Origin: Chrysomallon squamiferum | Taxonomy: Eukaryota > Animalia > Mollusca | Assembly (NCBI GenBank): GCA_012295275.1 | Contig: CM022674.1 | Location: forward strand, 13,888,001-13,952,000 | Length of the DNA stretch: 64,000 bases | Direction: 5' to 3' | Shown here: positions 26,630-40,138 of the stretch, one piece after another | Position numbering within the stretch: position 1 is the stretch's first letter | Layout: every line of letters starts with the position of its first letter | Made by a program: the position numbers and the translations under genes | Notes under the pieces: generated by a model | Databases searched by the model: none | What the model saw: only the letters and a program-made list of their open reading frames with translations | Told to the model about the DNA's origin: nothing

Positions 26630-27634
26630 ACTATGAAGACATTGAAACAACTTTAATAAATTGTTCATTAATTATATTTTGTCTAGATGAGATTATCACT
26701 ATGGAAATCAGCAGCTTAAATATTGTATTTATGTCAACTAACAAATTTTTGTTTGTTTAGGTTTTACATTAAAATATTAAAATCAGTTTAGTGATGAGTA
26801 AATTTTAACTTAATGGAAATACTCGTTTATAGAATATCAAAAAATAAATTAAATTTTTTTTTTTATCAGTTAGAATAAAAAGACAAAGCAAGAACCGTGA
26901 AAGAATTTGTCGGCGTGTCCCGATGATCAATCAATACAAAACATCAGCCATTTTTATTTTAATTTTTAAATACATTTTATAACATTTACATTTAACTGTT
27001 ACTAATTAATTATTGGATAAATCTAACAGATGATATCACACGTAATCAAGTAATCATCAAGAATGGTTCTTAGTTAACTGAGTGAACTACAATTAACCCG
27101 GCGATCGGACTAACAAACATTTGACATTGCTTAATCAGTTGATGTTTGTCACGACTCACGACCAGTTTGAATTTTGATAGGTTCTTGATATGTTTATTAA
27201 TCATCTGACATATTACTGCTGCAACGAAATATGACTTCGTCGATGTACTTAAATAACATCAGTCTTAGAATAAATGTCTGATAAGAAATATCTTTAAAAG
27301 ATCTATATATACACAAAAATCTTAATAGGTTACCTTACTTCAAAAAGTGCGCTCTTAATAAACTAACCAATGAAAAGATAATAAATTGTTCAGTCCTCAA
27401 AATACATCCATGGAGTAAATGAAATAATAAAAAGAAATATATTTCTTTTATTAGTTTAAACCTCACCAAATAGTCATTATAAAAGATATAAACACATATA
27501 AATTTTAAAATAATATTATCAACATTTTAGTCGAATCAAATAAGACAATTTTTGGAGCGTCGTTCCTGACAACAAACATGATAGGCCTACTTCAGAAAAT
27601 AACGTGTTGTTAAAATGTTTAGTGTTAATGAAGA
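26573..27634. promoter_or_regulatory. Putative bidirectional promoter and 5' UTR region between NCAPD2 and POM121
   Basis: The two start codons are divergent and 1063 bp apart. NCAPD2 has an acceptor just upstream of its ATG (minus-strand tttcag, AG at 26588-26589), implying a further 5' UTR exon in this interval. CCAAT at 27367-27371 and a minus-strand GCGC-N4-TTTGAA at 27339-27352. Confidence 0.6.
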
Positions 27635-30600
27635 ATGTGGATCTATTTTAGTCCTTATTTATTTCTTGTATTACTGTTACTGACTACATGGTGCTTTCTG
27701 TATTATAAAACAGCATTTTTCTTGTCAGTACTTGGACTGACCGGCATTTTTTGCGATGCGCTTTCAACGCGCACCGGCAAAATATATGACCGGGAAGAAG
27801 TTCCGGTGTCGGCAAAAGACAGGTATTCAAAGCGCAAACTGAAGAAAAAATTAAACATGTTTAAAAGTTGGAATCCATTTCGGAGGAAAACAGAAAAATC
27901 AAAAGAAAATGTAGCTACTTCTAAAAAAGCTAATACTAGTAATAGCTTTTGCCAGAAGGAAGATTCATTCCTCGACCGAAAGGATAACACTATTAACAGT
28001 AAGGTTACATCGCGATTGACTAGACAACATCGGAGTTTTGTTGTTAACAAGTCTCCTACACGTGATACCGAAGTTTTTAACAGATCTGTTTTGATTGCAT
28101 CAGGACCTCTCTTATCAACTCCCATTCTGCCAAAGGTGAAAAGAGCAATAGGTGCAAATGAAACATTCAAGTAAGATTTCTTTGTAAAGTAGATACAGCC
28201 GTAAAAAACAGAGCCACAAAATGATAACTGAATAAGACAAGTTGAAGTTTAACTTCATAGTTCATATGTCAAACATCTCTCAGATTTAAAACATATTTTT
28301 ACTTGTTACTGTTTGTCTCACATATATCAGTTTATATATTTATATAATAATGGTCCATCAAACTCCTGAAATTTTAAAATGATTTCTCTATTGTTTATAA
28401 CATAAATTACTGAGTTCCCCCTTTTTTGAACATTAATTAGAGATTATTAAAAATTCATATACATAATACATGTTTATAAATACAAGAAAAGAAAAAAAAG
28501 ATAGTCACAGAAACTTAAAAAACACATCAAACCACAAATGGTAACAGACAGATATTAGTTATAATTTATATCATGCTATTTTTCATTTATATAATTACCA
28601 ATATTTAAATATATTATTATTATTTTATTTTTCACTTTTATTTGATTTTTAGCTCTGTATCAAGTCCATATCGTACATGGAACAGATCACTCAATCGGTC
28701 ATCAACTTTCCATTATGCTCCAAATCATCCCACAAAATCAATGCCAGGAACTTTGCCAGCTGTACGACTTCAAAAGACACATCGACGTTCGTTCTTGGAT
28801 ACAAACAACAGTCACTTGTCAAGTCCAAACACGGTTAAAATAGCACCTCCAGACCAGTCCATCATCTCTTCACCTAGGTAAATAAGAAAAAAATACTTCT
28901 AAAAAAAGTCATTCTCAAAAAGGGTGATATTTCACACCGTGGGAGCAGTGGGTATTTCTAAGAGGGCGATGAAGATAATAAATTAGCAATTGCTCCTATA
29001 TTTATTTCATTGTATATAATGTATATTACACTTGCTGTAAATTGAAACTGTTTACTGTTTTATGGAAGGCTGGACGTAAATGAGATGCTGGAGAGTTATG
29101 ACAGGTATTTGCTGACTGCAATTATCTAAAAATACTGAAGTTATCTGTGAACTACTGTTCTAAATTAACAAATGTATCTGATACTAGCCACATCATTGGC
29201 TCCATTCCTGTCTTTAACTTGACACTGACAGGCTTGTGGCATGATAAACTAGTAGGATTAATCCCTGGCAGTCCAGCTATTGCTGTATTTCCATTTCCAG
29301 TCAGTACAGCAGGACTAATTTATCAAATTCTGTTTTTTGTACTTTCATTTTTTAAGGGAGGATTGATGTAAAAGATAGTTTGTTGCCAGTGTTCCCTCTA
29401 ATTTTTTTGTGAACTACTGAGTGGAATTTTGAGCAAAAAATGGAAATATATAATGGCTGAAACAATCATATTTTGTAAATTAAAATGAGAGATAACATTT
29501 TGATCTGAATGGCACAAGACAGCGATTGTGAAGTTTAAAGGGAACTTTCTTGCTGCTAACCGGTGTTCTCTGGAATTATGCATACAGCAGCTACATTTTA
29601 TGTTCCTTTCTATTGGTATCTTCTAAAAATTTTTATTTTTTTTTTTTTTAAATAAATTAAAATATGATATGATTGTGAATATATTTTAGAATAAAATGAA
29701 AAATAATTATAAATATTGTTTCAGAATAAATTTAAAAATAATTTTTAAATATTTTTATTCTCAACAGAGTGCTTCCACTTACTGAGAAGAAGCAGTCAAA
29801 TGAAAAACTTACTGACACACAAGCAGTGCTTAATGCTCTTAAGCAGCGCAGGTGTGTAAACTGTACATGATTTCTTTATTTTAAAGTCTTTTAAAGATAT
29901 TTTTTATATCAGGTAAAAAAAAAAATTGAGAACCAAATTTTCATAAATAACGAATTGTAAGTTTTATTGGAGTGGCAACCGTTTTTATGAAGTTTTTTTT
30001 CTCTCTCTCTTTCTATGTCATTTACGTGTGTGAATCTATACATCTATGTATCTGTATGTGTATGTGCATATGAGTATATAATCTGTGTATGTGAGAGATT
30101 ATATATTTGCGTGTGTGTATGTGAGAGTATGTATTTTTCACTGTGTGTGTGAGACCTACTTTAATTCTCACTCTTTTCCATGTCAAGTGTATAGCATTGT
30201 AACAAAAATATGTTTTGTTTCAAATTGCTATCAGTGTCTAATATACACATCTCTGTTTGTTTATACATTAGCCTATGATGTATTTATGATTTTATACACA
30301 TATTCCTGTTGTTTTGTTTATAACATTTAATTATTATATCTGTTTCAGAAAGAGATCACTGATTCAGTCAAATGAACAGTTTACAGAGGAATCTGATCAA
30401 CAGGCAAAACGAAGGTTTGAAATTATTATTCATACATTAGTTTTTTTCCCTTTTTTTTCTATATTATTTCAGCATATTTTTCATTTTTATATTTGATTTA
30501 ATCGGTCTTCACATTTTTTGTTTCTTATTTCATGATTTGATATTTATTTTAAATACTCTTTAATTGTGTATTTATAATGTTATTGGTTTTTTTTTTTGTT

Positions 30601-33600
30601 TTATGCTCAACAAGCACATTTTGAATATTTCAGACGTCAGGACAGCAGTCAATCAACAGCATCGTCATCATCACTGCCGCCGATGCCAGAAAACCTGCCT
30701 GACTTGTCAAACTCTAGTGTGATGATGCAGCTTGATGCAGTCAGCATGAAGCGGCCGTCAGCACCAAGTCGCGACCCAATAGACAACTCGGACATACGCG
30801 AAGACAGCCCAGCAAAGAGACCTCGGAACGAGAACAGGAACGAGAACCGGAATAATCCAATATTGAGCTCTTTGAGCTCGTCAAATAGAGCCCTAAATAA
30901 ATCATTGTCCATGAAGGTAAAATAATACATAAACACACACACATACACACACAGAGATTGCGGATAATGTTTATCAGTTAAGCCATTTTTTGAAGCAAAA
31001 TAAGAAATTTGACTAATTTATTTGAAATGGAAGTTAGAATATAAATTTAAAAAATGAGGCAAATCTCCAAATGATAGGTGTTACGGCTGTTAGATTTGAG
31101 GTCTAAATGATTTTCAAGTTTCTGGCCTTTTGATACAGGTTCATTGATTTACATATATCATCAAGAAAAGTATTTGAATTTCCTGATTTTGAATGGAAAA
31201 AAATGACACAAATTAATATATTCTGTCTTTGAAGAATATTAATTAAATCAGAAACAATATTGAAAATCAAACAGTAATTGTCATTTATTTATTTTAGAGA
31301 GATTCGTTGTCAAGGAAACCATTAAGGTCTGATACAGACTCTGAAAGTTCTTCTAGCCAATCACTGAACTCGGTTGACCAGTCCAGACAACAGTCCAGAC
31401 TCACAGAATCAAGGTAAATTGTCTTCATGACCACTGAAATAATTTTTAACATTGTAAATTTTACGTTAAATTTTTTTTAATAAAACTGTTTTTCTGATAT
31501 GAGATACTTTTAAAGCTTAGGCTAAAATGGACAAAAATTTAAAGATGGAAATGATTCAGAGCAATGTGACATTAATTAAAATATTAAGACATTTTTTTTT
31601 TTTTTATTCATTGTTCTTTCAGTAAACAAGATAAAGATGAGTCTTTTACTCAGCTGCAGGAGAAAGTCACAACAGAGAAATCTCAGTCGAATGACAATAG
31701 TGAAAATGTAAGTAAATTAAATATCCTTAGCAGTGACGTTTATGTTGATGTCCAAATTGTGTAGGCTGTAGTATTTAAAGGAAATAAAAGATACTGAAGT
31801 CATAAAGGTACGGAATTAATAGGTAATTTTAATGTATAAATAAATAAAGATGTGTATATTTGAGTGTGTATATGTTTGTATGTGAATGTATGGGTGAGTG
31901 AGTATGTGTTAGTGAGTCTGAGTTAGTGGGTAAGTGAGTAAGTGAGTAAATTAATCAGATCTCTAGTTTTCAAAAACCCAGGAGTTCAAAAGAAAGCACA
32001 CTGCTAAAACCTTACAAGGGGAGTAGATGGTTAAAACCACCCTACTTAAAATGCAGAATGAATATTCACATCCCTTAATATTTAGTGGAATCTCACTCAT
32101 AAACATGACTATGTTTAAGGAGTAGAGACTTCTGAGTTAAATATTTTTGGAGTTTTGTTTTTCAAAAATGAATATCCTAAATTAGCTAAAGATAAATTAA
32201 AGTCTTACATAAGAAAATGAAAAAACATGAACACTACATTTATCTGTTTCTTCAGTGTGTGCATATTATATTGCATTAAAGTGTGTCCTGTCTTGTCTAC
32301 ATTTTCTTTTAATTAAGATAATCTGTTGACTATTTATGAAGAAGGATTCAGAGTGCTGTGAATTTTATTCAGTAAACAATTAAAATGGAAGTGTTAACAA
32401 AAAAAAACCAGCAGTAAGAAAGAAACAAATTGTGTACATACAAAATTTTGTGCATGTATTTAAGACAGCATGACCATATACTGATCATGGATGCAGAAAT
32501 GTGCAACATACATGACCACATACTGATCATACATGCAGCAATGTGCAATTATAAAGCAACGCTATTTTTTTTTCTTCATAATTTGTGCAGCTTTGAGCAC
32601 ATTTATTAAAATATTATTCCTTAGTGGTATTTATTTTCAAATTAAATTCACTTTTCAATCCTCAGATTTTGAAAATAGTTTTGATTAAATGCTTTTGGAC
32701 TGTAATGTTGCATGTATATACTGAATTAATGTGCAGCCAGTGATTATTTTTTATTTCAGTTGTCGACATCAGCAGCTTCTAGTGATGAGCTCATGTTGGA
32801 GGGAATCTCTAAACACGTCAGAAAACGAAGAGAAAGATCTCTGTACACCAACCTCAACTCCTCATTCCCTAAAGTAAGCTATTAACTTAATTTACAAACA
32901 ATTTATTAACAAACAAAGACTTTAATTCTTGTTTAGCAGCCAGTTTTTGACAGACCTGTAATTTTTCACAAAGGATTCACATTTTCTGCTTTATCCTGAC
33001 AACATTTTGGAAACTGATATAAGAAATTAAATTTATAGACTGAGTTAATCATTTTAAATGTATCAGCATCTCTAATGGGTTTTGGAACATTTTCTCTCAC
33101 AGAAGGATAACAAAATTTACAAGTAAATTGTTAACCTCTCTGAATTGTCATAAATTGTTTTTATTATTTATACTTATATTAACAGCCATGACATTCTGCC
33201 ACTAATGACTGAAGACAAGATAATTTTAGTTAAAGATTTCTAAACAGATTTTCAGTGTAATAAATATAAGACATCACACACAGTTATTTGTTTGTCAGAA
33301 TCAAAACAATTATTTTGAGGTGTACACAATGTATTTTGGCTGTTAGTGTATTAAAATGTTTCGTTGGATAAATTTTCTTACAAAGTGACATTAAAATTGT
33401 TAAACTGTTCAGGTACCAAGAGCCAATGTTCTCGCCAGTGTTGATGACTACAAACAGGATCGTGTACTAGAGCAACAGCGCATTCATGACATGCTCAACG
33501 ATGTCGAAGTGGCACACACAGAAAAACAGAACAAAGGTCAAGGTGGGTATTTGTTGACATGTGAACTGTATATGAGATACTTGTTACTTTATTCTGTGAA

Positions 33601-36375
33601 AAAAATATTTTACAAATAATGGTGTTTTTTGATTAAAGTAGGTACCGGCAGCCTAGCCGATATAATTGGTCGAAGATGTTAAAAGTTAAGATTTTGTCCA
33701 TTTTCCTCCACTCCCAAATCCCTTCTGTAAATCCTACCATAAAAACAAATACATGTAACTAAAGATCTTTATGTCCTCTTTTAAATGGTGGTGTTATTGT
33801 TGTTTTATGTTAAATCAGTTCTTTGTATGAGAGTGTTAAACAGCGTGGGGTAAAACTAAAATAGGGTCGCTTTACAAACGCCTGGCTTGTTTTCGCCAAA
33901 ATGGCTTCAATGTTATTTTTAGCCCTAGCAGGGTCAAAGTTCAATTAACAGCGTGCATGTGGAGTAAAAAGTCCTAAAATGTGTCCAAAAATGTACTTTT
34001 TCATGCCTTCAAACCTATTTTGAAAAAAAAAACTGGCTGAAAATAAAACCTATGTTCACAGGATCAAATGAAAGATCATTCAATTACCTTTCAAACAATG
34101 TACGACACTACATTTGGCGAAAACAAGCTCTCCGCATTTGAACGCTACATGCTTTGCGAAATCGCCATTATGTTACGTTTTTTTACAGAATGAAATCGCC
34201 GTAGATCCTATGTACAGCTTGAAAGGTCTGGCGCTGTTTAAAATGATTATAAATTTATGTTGTTTCTATTTTTAATAACTTGTTGGCTGTTTGTTTTTCT
34301 TCTATGTTCCTACTTTTAGCGTATACATTATAGCATGTGCGTAGCAAAAACGCGTTCTGAAAAAAATAAAATTAACATTGTTTTGCCGATTACTATCTTC
34401 AGTTTAAAACCGTTGATTATTTTGCTTTCAAAATTTTTGCGATAAACGTCGAATTAAGAATCATAAACATAACAAACTATACAACATAATAGAACAATGT
34501 ATTCAGAGGTATTGATGGAATTATGAATATAAATCTAATAACTTCTTTTAAAATGTAAAATCATAAATTGATCAGTTTTAAAACATTATTTTTGCTTGTT
34601 TGTAAGCTCTATCTGTGTCTTTAATTGCCTCTAGTCTCATGATTACATACATTTTATTGTCCCTGATTAATACCTGCAACACCTTTCTGGAGTTGACTCC
34701 AAGGATTAGCTGAGTTTATGTATTGCAAAGGATTATAGTTAAACATCAAATGCTTGTAGACCTTTTAAGTAACATTTATATATATATATATGATATATAC
34801 ACATCACAGTATCTTAACTTATTACTATCAATTATTTAATAGAGTGAAAATTGAAGCTGCTTATGTAAATAAAGTTGTGCTGTTCTATATAAATTGAAAT
34901 GGTATTTTTTTTTATTTCAAATGTTAAATTCAAATATGTCATTTGAAAGATAATAAATTGTTCACAGCACAGGTTGAATTTGTCAAATAAGACAAAAAAT
35001 GAAACCACAGTATCTGTTTGAACTTTTAGTCATTCTGCCATGTGTCATTTTGAAGATTTTGGCATGTTCAGCATGTTATTGTGAACACACATACAAACAT
35101 ACAGGTCTAAAAATATACAGTGCACATAGCAAGTTGGTCCCACCACTCTTGTTGATTTTCAGCCTTTTGTGTCAGTTACTTTTCAAACTACAGTTGGCCA
35201 AAGTAGGGCTAAAAAATAATCAAATACCTGTCGTACCAATTTGCATATATCTTTTTAACTGCTGGAAATACAGTCATAATTTTTTGTGTTTTCATTCTTT
35301 TTGCTACTGCTTTCATTATGTGAAATTAAAGTCAGAAACAATTTGCCTGCCAGTACCTAATTAAAGAAAGAACAGATTTGTAATTATTTTTTTTTTTTTT
35401 TATTTTTTTTTTTTATTTTAATTTAATTTAATTTAATTTAATTTAATTTAATTTATTTATTTAATTTAATTTAATTTTATTTTATTTTATTTTATTTAGT
35501 AATTTTAATTTTTTTTTTTTTTTTTTTTGACAAACCAGGAAAAAAAAAAAAACAAGAAAAATAATAGAAGAAAAAATCCCCCAAAACAACCACCACACAG
35601 TGGAACTAAGATTATAAATGCGATTTCCAAAATCTGGTCATGTTTTGACATATTTCCATAAATATTAAAACATACTGTTAAACAGTTTTATTTATCATAT
35701 TAAATTTATTTATTAATTTATTTATTTTAAAACATTTTGGGCTTGTCATTTTAAAATAAATATTTATAATTTTATTATTATAATTTTTTTTTCTCTGTTC
35801 ACAATTCAGTTGTTACAACAAGCAGTCAAAGTTTCACTGCAACAACATCTGTTACAAGTTCTTCAACATCGCTTGGAGTAATGTCAGTGTTGAACGTACC
35901 TACATCACTTCAGACATCTGCACCAGTGACAACATCAGAATCTCAACCTGCAGGTAACGTCCTTGGTGTAACTACAACTACAGTGTCTGCACCAGCCAGC
36001 TCTGCAACTGCAACATCGCAGTCACAGTATTCTTTTAAGCCAGTTTTTGGATCAGTTGCTTCTCCTCAAAATGCAGCAACTACAGCAGCCCCTGCTGCAA
36101 CATCTAACAACAACTCAGACATCTGGGTTTAATTTGATATTTCCACAACCTCGTAAGCATATTATTTTTTATATTGCATATAAGAATATCAACTAATCTG
36201 AATATAATAATTCTGTGTGTGTAGACCATGTAATAAACTTCATAAAATGATGTCACTGCAGCATTCTGATTGGAGGAATGTTAGTAGTTAAGTGTATCCA
36301 ACATTCTTGTTCTTTGATTTTGAAATTGTCAATTGATGTCTGTATTCACTGTTTTTGTGTATCTTTGTGTGTGTG

Positions 36376-36467
<92 letters not shown>

Positions 36468-39400
36468 TGGATGAATTGGAATGCAGAAAGGTTAACAATT
36501 TTTTTATGAATGTGGCACGATTTGTGTGTGTGTGTGTGTGTATCTACATAAAAATGTATTTATACATATGTTATCTTTTTTTGTCAGAATCTACAACAAC
36601 CCAGCAGTCAAATCCGACACCTCCACCTTCTTATCAAGTCAGTTCATCTGCGACTAATTCCTTATTAACAACATCGCAGGCAGTGACAGTTCCTAGTCTA
36701 GGAGGTTCACAGTCATCCACTGTAGGGAATGCTCTGTTAACAAACTCTTCACAGGCTGGGCCACCACCAACGTTTGCTCAAGTGGTGTAGCCACAAGCTC
36801 GTTAGGTAGCAGCACACCCTCCACCTCGGTGCTTGGAGGTTTGTTTTCAACATCAGCACAGTCTGGCCTGCCCTCCAGCCAAGGAAGTCCTTTCTCAGCG
36901 TCTTCACAAGGACAGGTCACCTCTACATTGTCCCAAAATCTTACAACATCGTCGTCATTGCTTGGTGGCATGTCATCAACATCGGCAATGCAGCCTGGAT
37001 TGACGACACTGTCAGTTTTAAACAGTCTGTCGTCCAAACCTGGAAATGTCAGTCAGGCTGCAGCAGCATCGCTGTCTCAAGCTGTCAGCAGTGGTTTTAA
37101 CATGCCAGGTTCAGCAACAACTACGGCAATGTCTCAGAACCCAAGTGGAGGATTTTCTCTGGCCACCTCAGACTACAGGTCAGTAACAAACGCTGCACAG
37201 ACTTTGTTTGCAGCATCAACGCCAGTGGCATCGTCACAAGCTCCTACAGGCATAAGTTCTTCTTTCTTCACATCAGCACTTGCAGCAGCAGCAGTGATGT
37301 CAAAGCCTGCAGCAACGTCAGGATCATCGTTGTTTGTCAGTGCTCCACAACAGACGTCTGGTGAGTTAAATATTGTTTAGGTGTTAAAATGCACTAATTA
37401 TAGTTATACTAATTATACTAATATGCTAATTAAAACAGGGATTGACTGGAAAAAATTAAAATTTACAGGAAAGATAATTAAAAGGGGAATAAATTGGAAA
37501 GAGTTAAAATTATGTGGAAGATAATTTTTATGTTTTTAATATGCAAATTAAAAGATGGATAAATTGGAAACAATAAAAGCTACCTGTTAGATAAATTTAA
37601 TGCTTTTTGTATGCTAATTAAAAGGGAGAATAAATTTAAAACAGTAAGAATAACTTGGAAGATAATTTTAATGTTTTAGTTGGAACTGTTGGAAATATGT
37701 TTGTAGGTATGATGATCTGGTACAAATAATTCTGATATATTTACATGTTATTTTTGGTTTCCATATTAACGTGCATCCAGATGTAGTGAAAAATGTAAAT
37801 TAAATGTGTTTTGTATGAATACAAGTGATTATTTGATTCACTCCTGAAGAGCAAAAAAATTGTTAGTTGGTGTTCATTTATTGTAAAAAAAATTCTCTAT
37901 GCATTTGATGTCTAGTTGCATTGTCTTTGACAGAAATATGCATCTAAAACTATTACAGTAATAAATATATAAATAAATAACAAAAATAACAAAAAGAAAA
38001 ACTAACATGCTAATAAAGAAGGCAGATTTACCAATGATTTACTAATTTTTGATAACGGCAAACAAGCAAGATTGACAAAAGATAAAATTAAATATCCTTT
38101 TCTATTTTATTTGTTTTAGTGTTGTTTCATATTTTTATTTTTATTTTAAAACAGGGACAACTGGGTCAGGTTTCGCATTTGAGAAAAATGCTCAGACTAA
38201 CTCTGCTGGTGGCTTCAGTTTTGGAAGTGCTCCAAATTCCACTGTTAGCACAGCATTTGGTAACTCTGGTGGTGTGCAGACAGCCACAGCGAAGACCAAC
38301 AAAGACGCTGTCAAAGTGAATTTATTTGGTGCCAGCCCTGCTTCATCGGCATCATCGTTGTTCAGTGCAAACGCTGTCACATCGAGTGCATCAATATTTG
38401 GAGCTAAACCAGCAACGACATCAGTGTTGTTTCCTTCAAATTCCACATCATCGTCATCATCGACAGGATTGTTTCCGACAACAACAGCTACGGCCGTGTT
38501 TGGTCCAAGCACAACATCAGCCACAGGTGTGTTTGGAGCCACTTCAGCATCGTCGACAACTAATTTGTTTAGCACAAATGCAGCTACGTCATCAGCCGCA
38601 TCTGGCTTGTTTTCATTTGGTCAGACAAGGCCTCAGAACCTGACTTCAACTGCATCAGGGTTGATGTCAGCAGCACCTAGTCAGATGTCAGCGTCTGGGT
38701 TTAATTTTGGCACTGCTCTGAGTACGTCACAGACAACACCATCAAAACCAGCTGGAGGGTTTACTTTGCCCGGACCCACGTCCTCACAGACAGCTCAGAA
38801 TAATAACATGTTCGGTTTCGGATCAGGAAACTCAAATTCAGGAAACACTTTTGGGACTTATGGAGCTAATTCTGCTGTCACCACCACCTCCAGTTCTGGC
38901 ACTGGGACTGCCCCGCCAGTGTTTTCATTTGGAAGTGGAGGTGCCAGCCAGCCTAATCAGAACTTTGTTTTTGGTGCTCCAGCAAAGTCAGGACCAGCGT
39001 TTGCTTTTAATTCGTCTTCTGCTGCCACCCAGAAAACTGACACGTCGAAACTGTTTGCATTTGGTTCTAACCAGGCTAAAAGTTCAGGTCCAGTTTTTGG
39101 AGTCAGCTCTGCAGCTCCACCATTTGGAAGCTCTACAGGACCAGGCTTTGGTAGTTCTGGAGAAACAAAGCCAGGGTTATCGTCTGGTTTCAACTTTGGT
39201 TCAACTCAGCCAGCTTTTGGAGGTTTATCCCAAACTCCGGCACCAGCTTTCGGTGCCACCCAAACAGCTCCAGCATTTGGAGGGGTGTCACAAAACCCTA
39301 CCCAGGGGTTTGGAGCCACCCAGACACCTGCCCCTGTTTTTGGATCCTCGCAGACCTCCACCCCAGCTTTTGGTTCACCACAACCACCAGCCCCTGCATT

Positions 39401-40138
39401 TGGTGCAACACAGATGCCCACCCCTGTATTTGGAGCATCACAGACCCCTGCACAAGGATTTGGAGTAGCTGCCCAAGGGTCAGCACCACCGTTTGGCACA
39501 ACGTTTGGATCTCCTCCTGCAGCTACATTCCAGTTTGGTCAGAGCAGCGGTCAACAAGCACCTGATCACAAAGGATTTAATTTCAGTGCTAATGCTGCTT
39601 CAGTTTTTAACTTTGGTAAGTTCATCAAGTGTTACGTTATCATTGGTAATTACAGTGTACATAAAAACATAATTAATTGGATAAAGAAATTAATAAAGAA
39701 AGAAAGAAAGAAAGAAAGGACCAAACAAATAAATAAATTAATAAATTAATAAATAAAAAAATAAAATAAAAAAAATAAATAAATAAACATATCTACGTAC
39801 ATACATATATAAGTAAATACTAACTAATTGTTACATACTTGCAGTGTGATTCTTTCTAAAAAGTTCATTCCAAATTCGATACCTGGCGAATGTGCAATAA
39901 AATATTTAAAATTGTGGTCGTTGTCTAATAATACCTGCCACCTCTAGACATGTTATATATTTTTTTTTTTTTTTACTATTTTTATAATTTTGTTTGTAAT
40001 TCTAATGTGTGTGATCTTCCAGGGTCCTCTGTTTCAAATCAGCCCACTCCAGTATTCAACATGAACGCAAATGCAGGGATACCACAGAAACCTAGATCTG
40101 CAATGAACAGGTCTCGAAGGCGAGGGTTCAAGAAATAA
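27635..40138 (+). CDS. POM121: POM121-like transmembrane FG-repeat nucleoporin, 13 coding exons, about 1443 aa after correcting two indels
   Basis: Exons: 27635-28170, 28653-28877, 29768-29851, 30349-30414, 30634-30916, 31298-31413, 31623-31707, 32760-32873, 33413-33542 (alternative donor after 33536), 35810-36152, 36588-37360, 38155-39615, 40023-40138. N-terminal hydrophobic segment (YLFLVLLLLTTWCFLYYKTAFFLSVLGLTGIF). POM121-type motifs VKIAPPD, VLNALKQRRKR, AKRRRQDSS and NPILSSLSSS. Long S/T-rich region, then many FG/FxFG/PAFG repeats and a basic C-terminus (RSRRRGFKK). Confidence 0.85.
29387..29549. mobile_element. Degenerate hAT-like MITE relic
   Basis: Left end CAGTGTTCCCTCTAA and a decayed inverted right end TTAAAGGGAACTTTC. 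No TSD recognised. Confidence 0.3.
33840..34237. mobile_element. TTAA-flanked MITE-like element in POM121 intron 9
   Basis: TTAA|ACAGCG ... CGCTGT|TTAA, plus an internal inverted repeat gcttgttttcgccaaaatg (about 33885) / catttggcgaaaacaagc (34111). CpG-richer than the flanks. Confidence 0.6.
37425..37680. repeat. Degenerate intronic tandem repeat
   Basis: Recurrent atgc(t/a)aattaaaag, taaattggaaa and ggaagataatttt blocks. Confidence 0.6.

Noticed and set aside
5597-40138. Pseudogene status for NCAPD2 and POM121
   Set aside because: Splice sites and phases are otherwise intact, the only stops follow from the four 1-nt indels, and those indels can all be placed in short homopolymers, which points to sequencing error.
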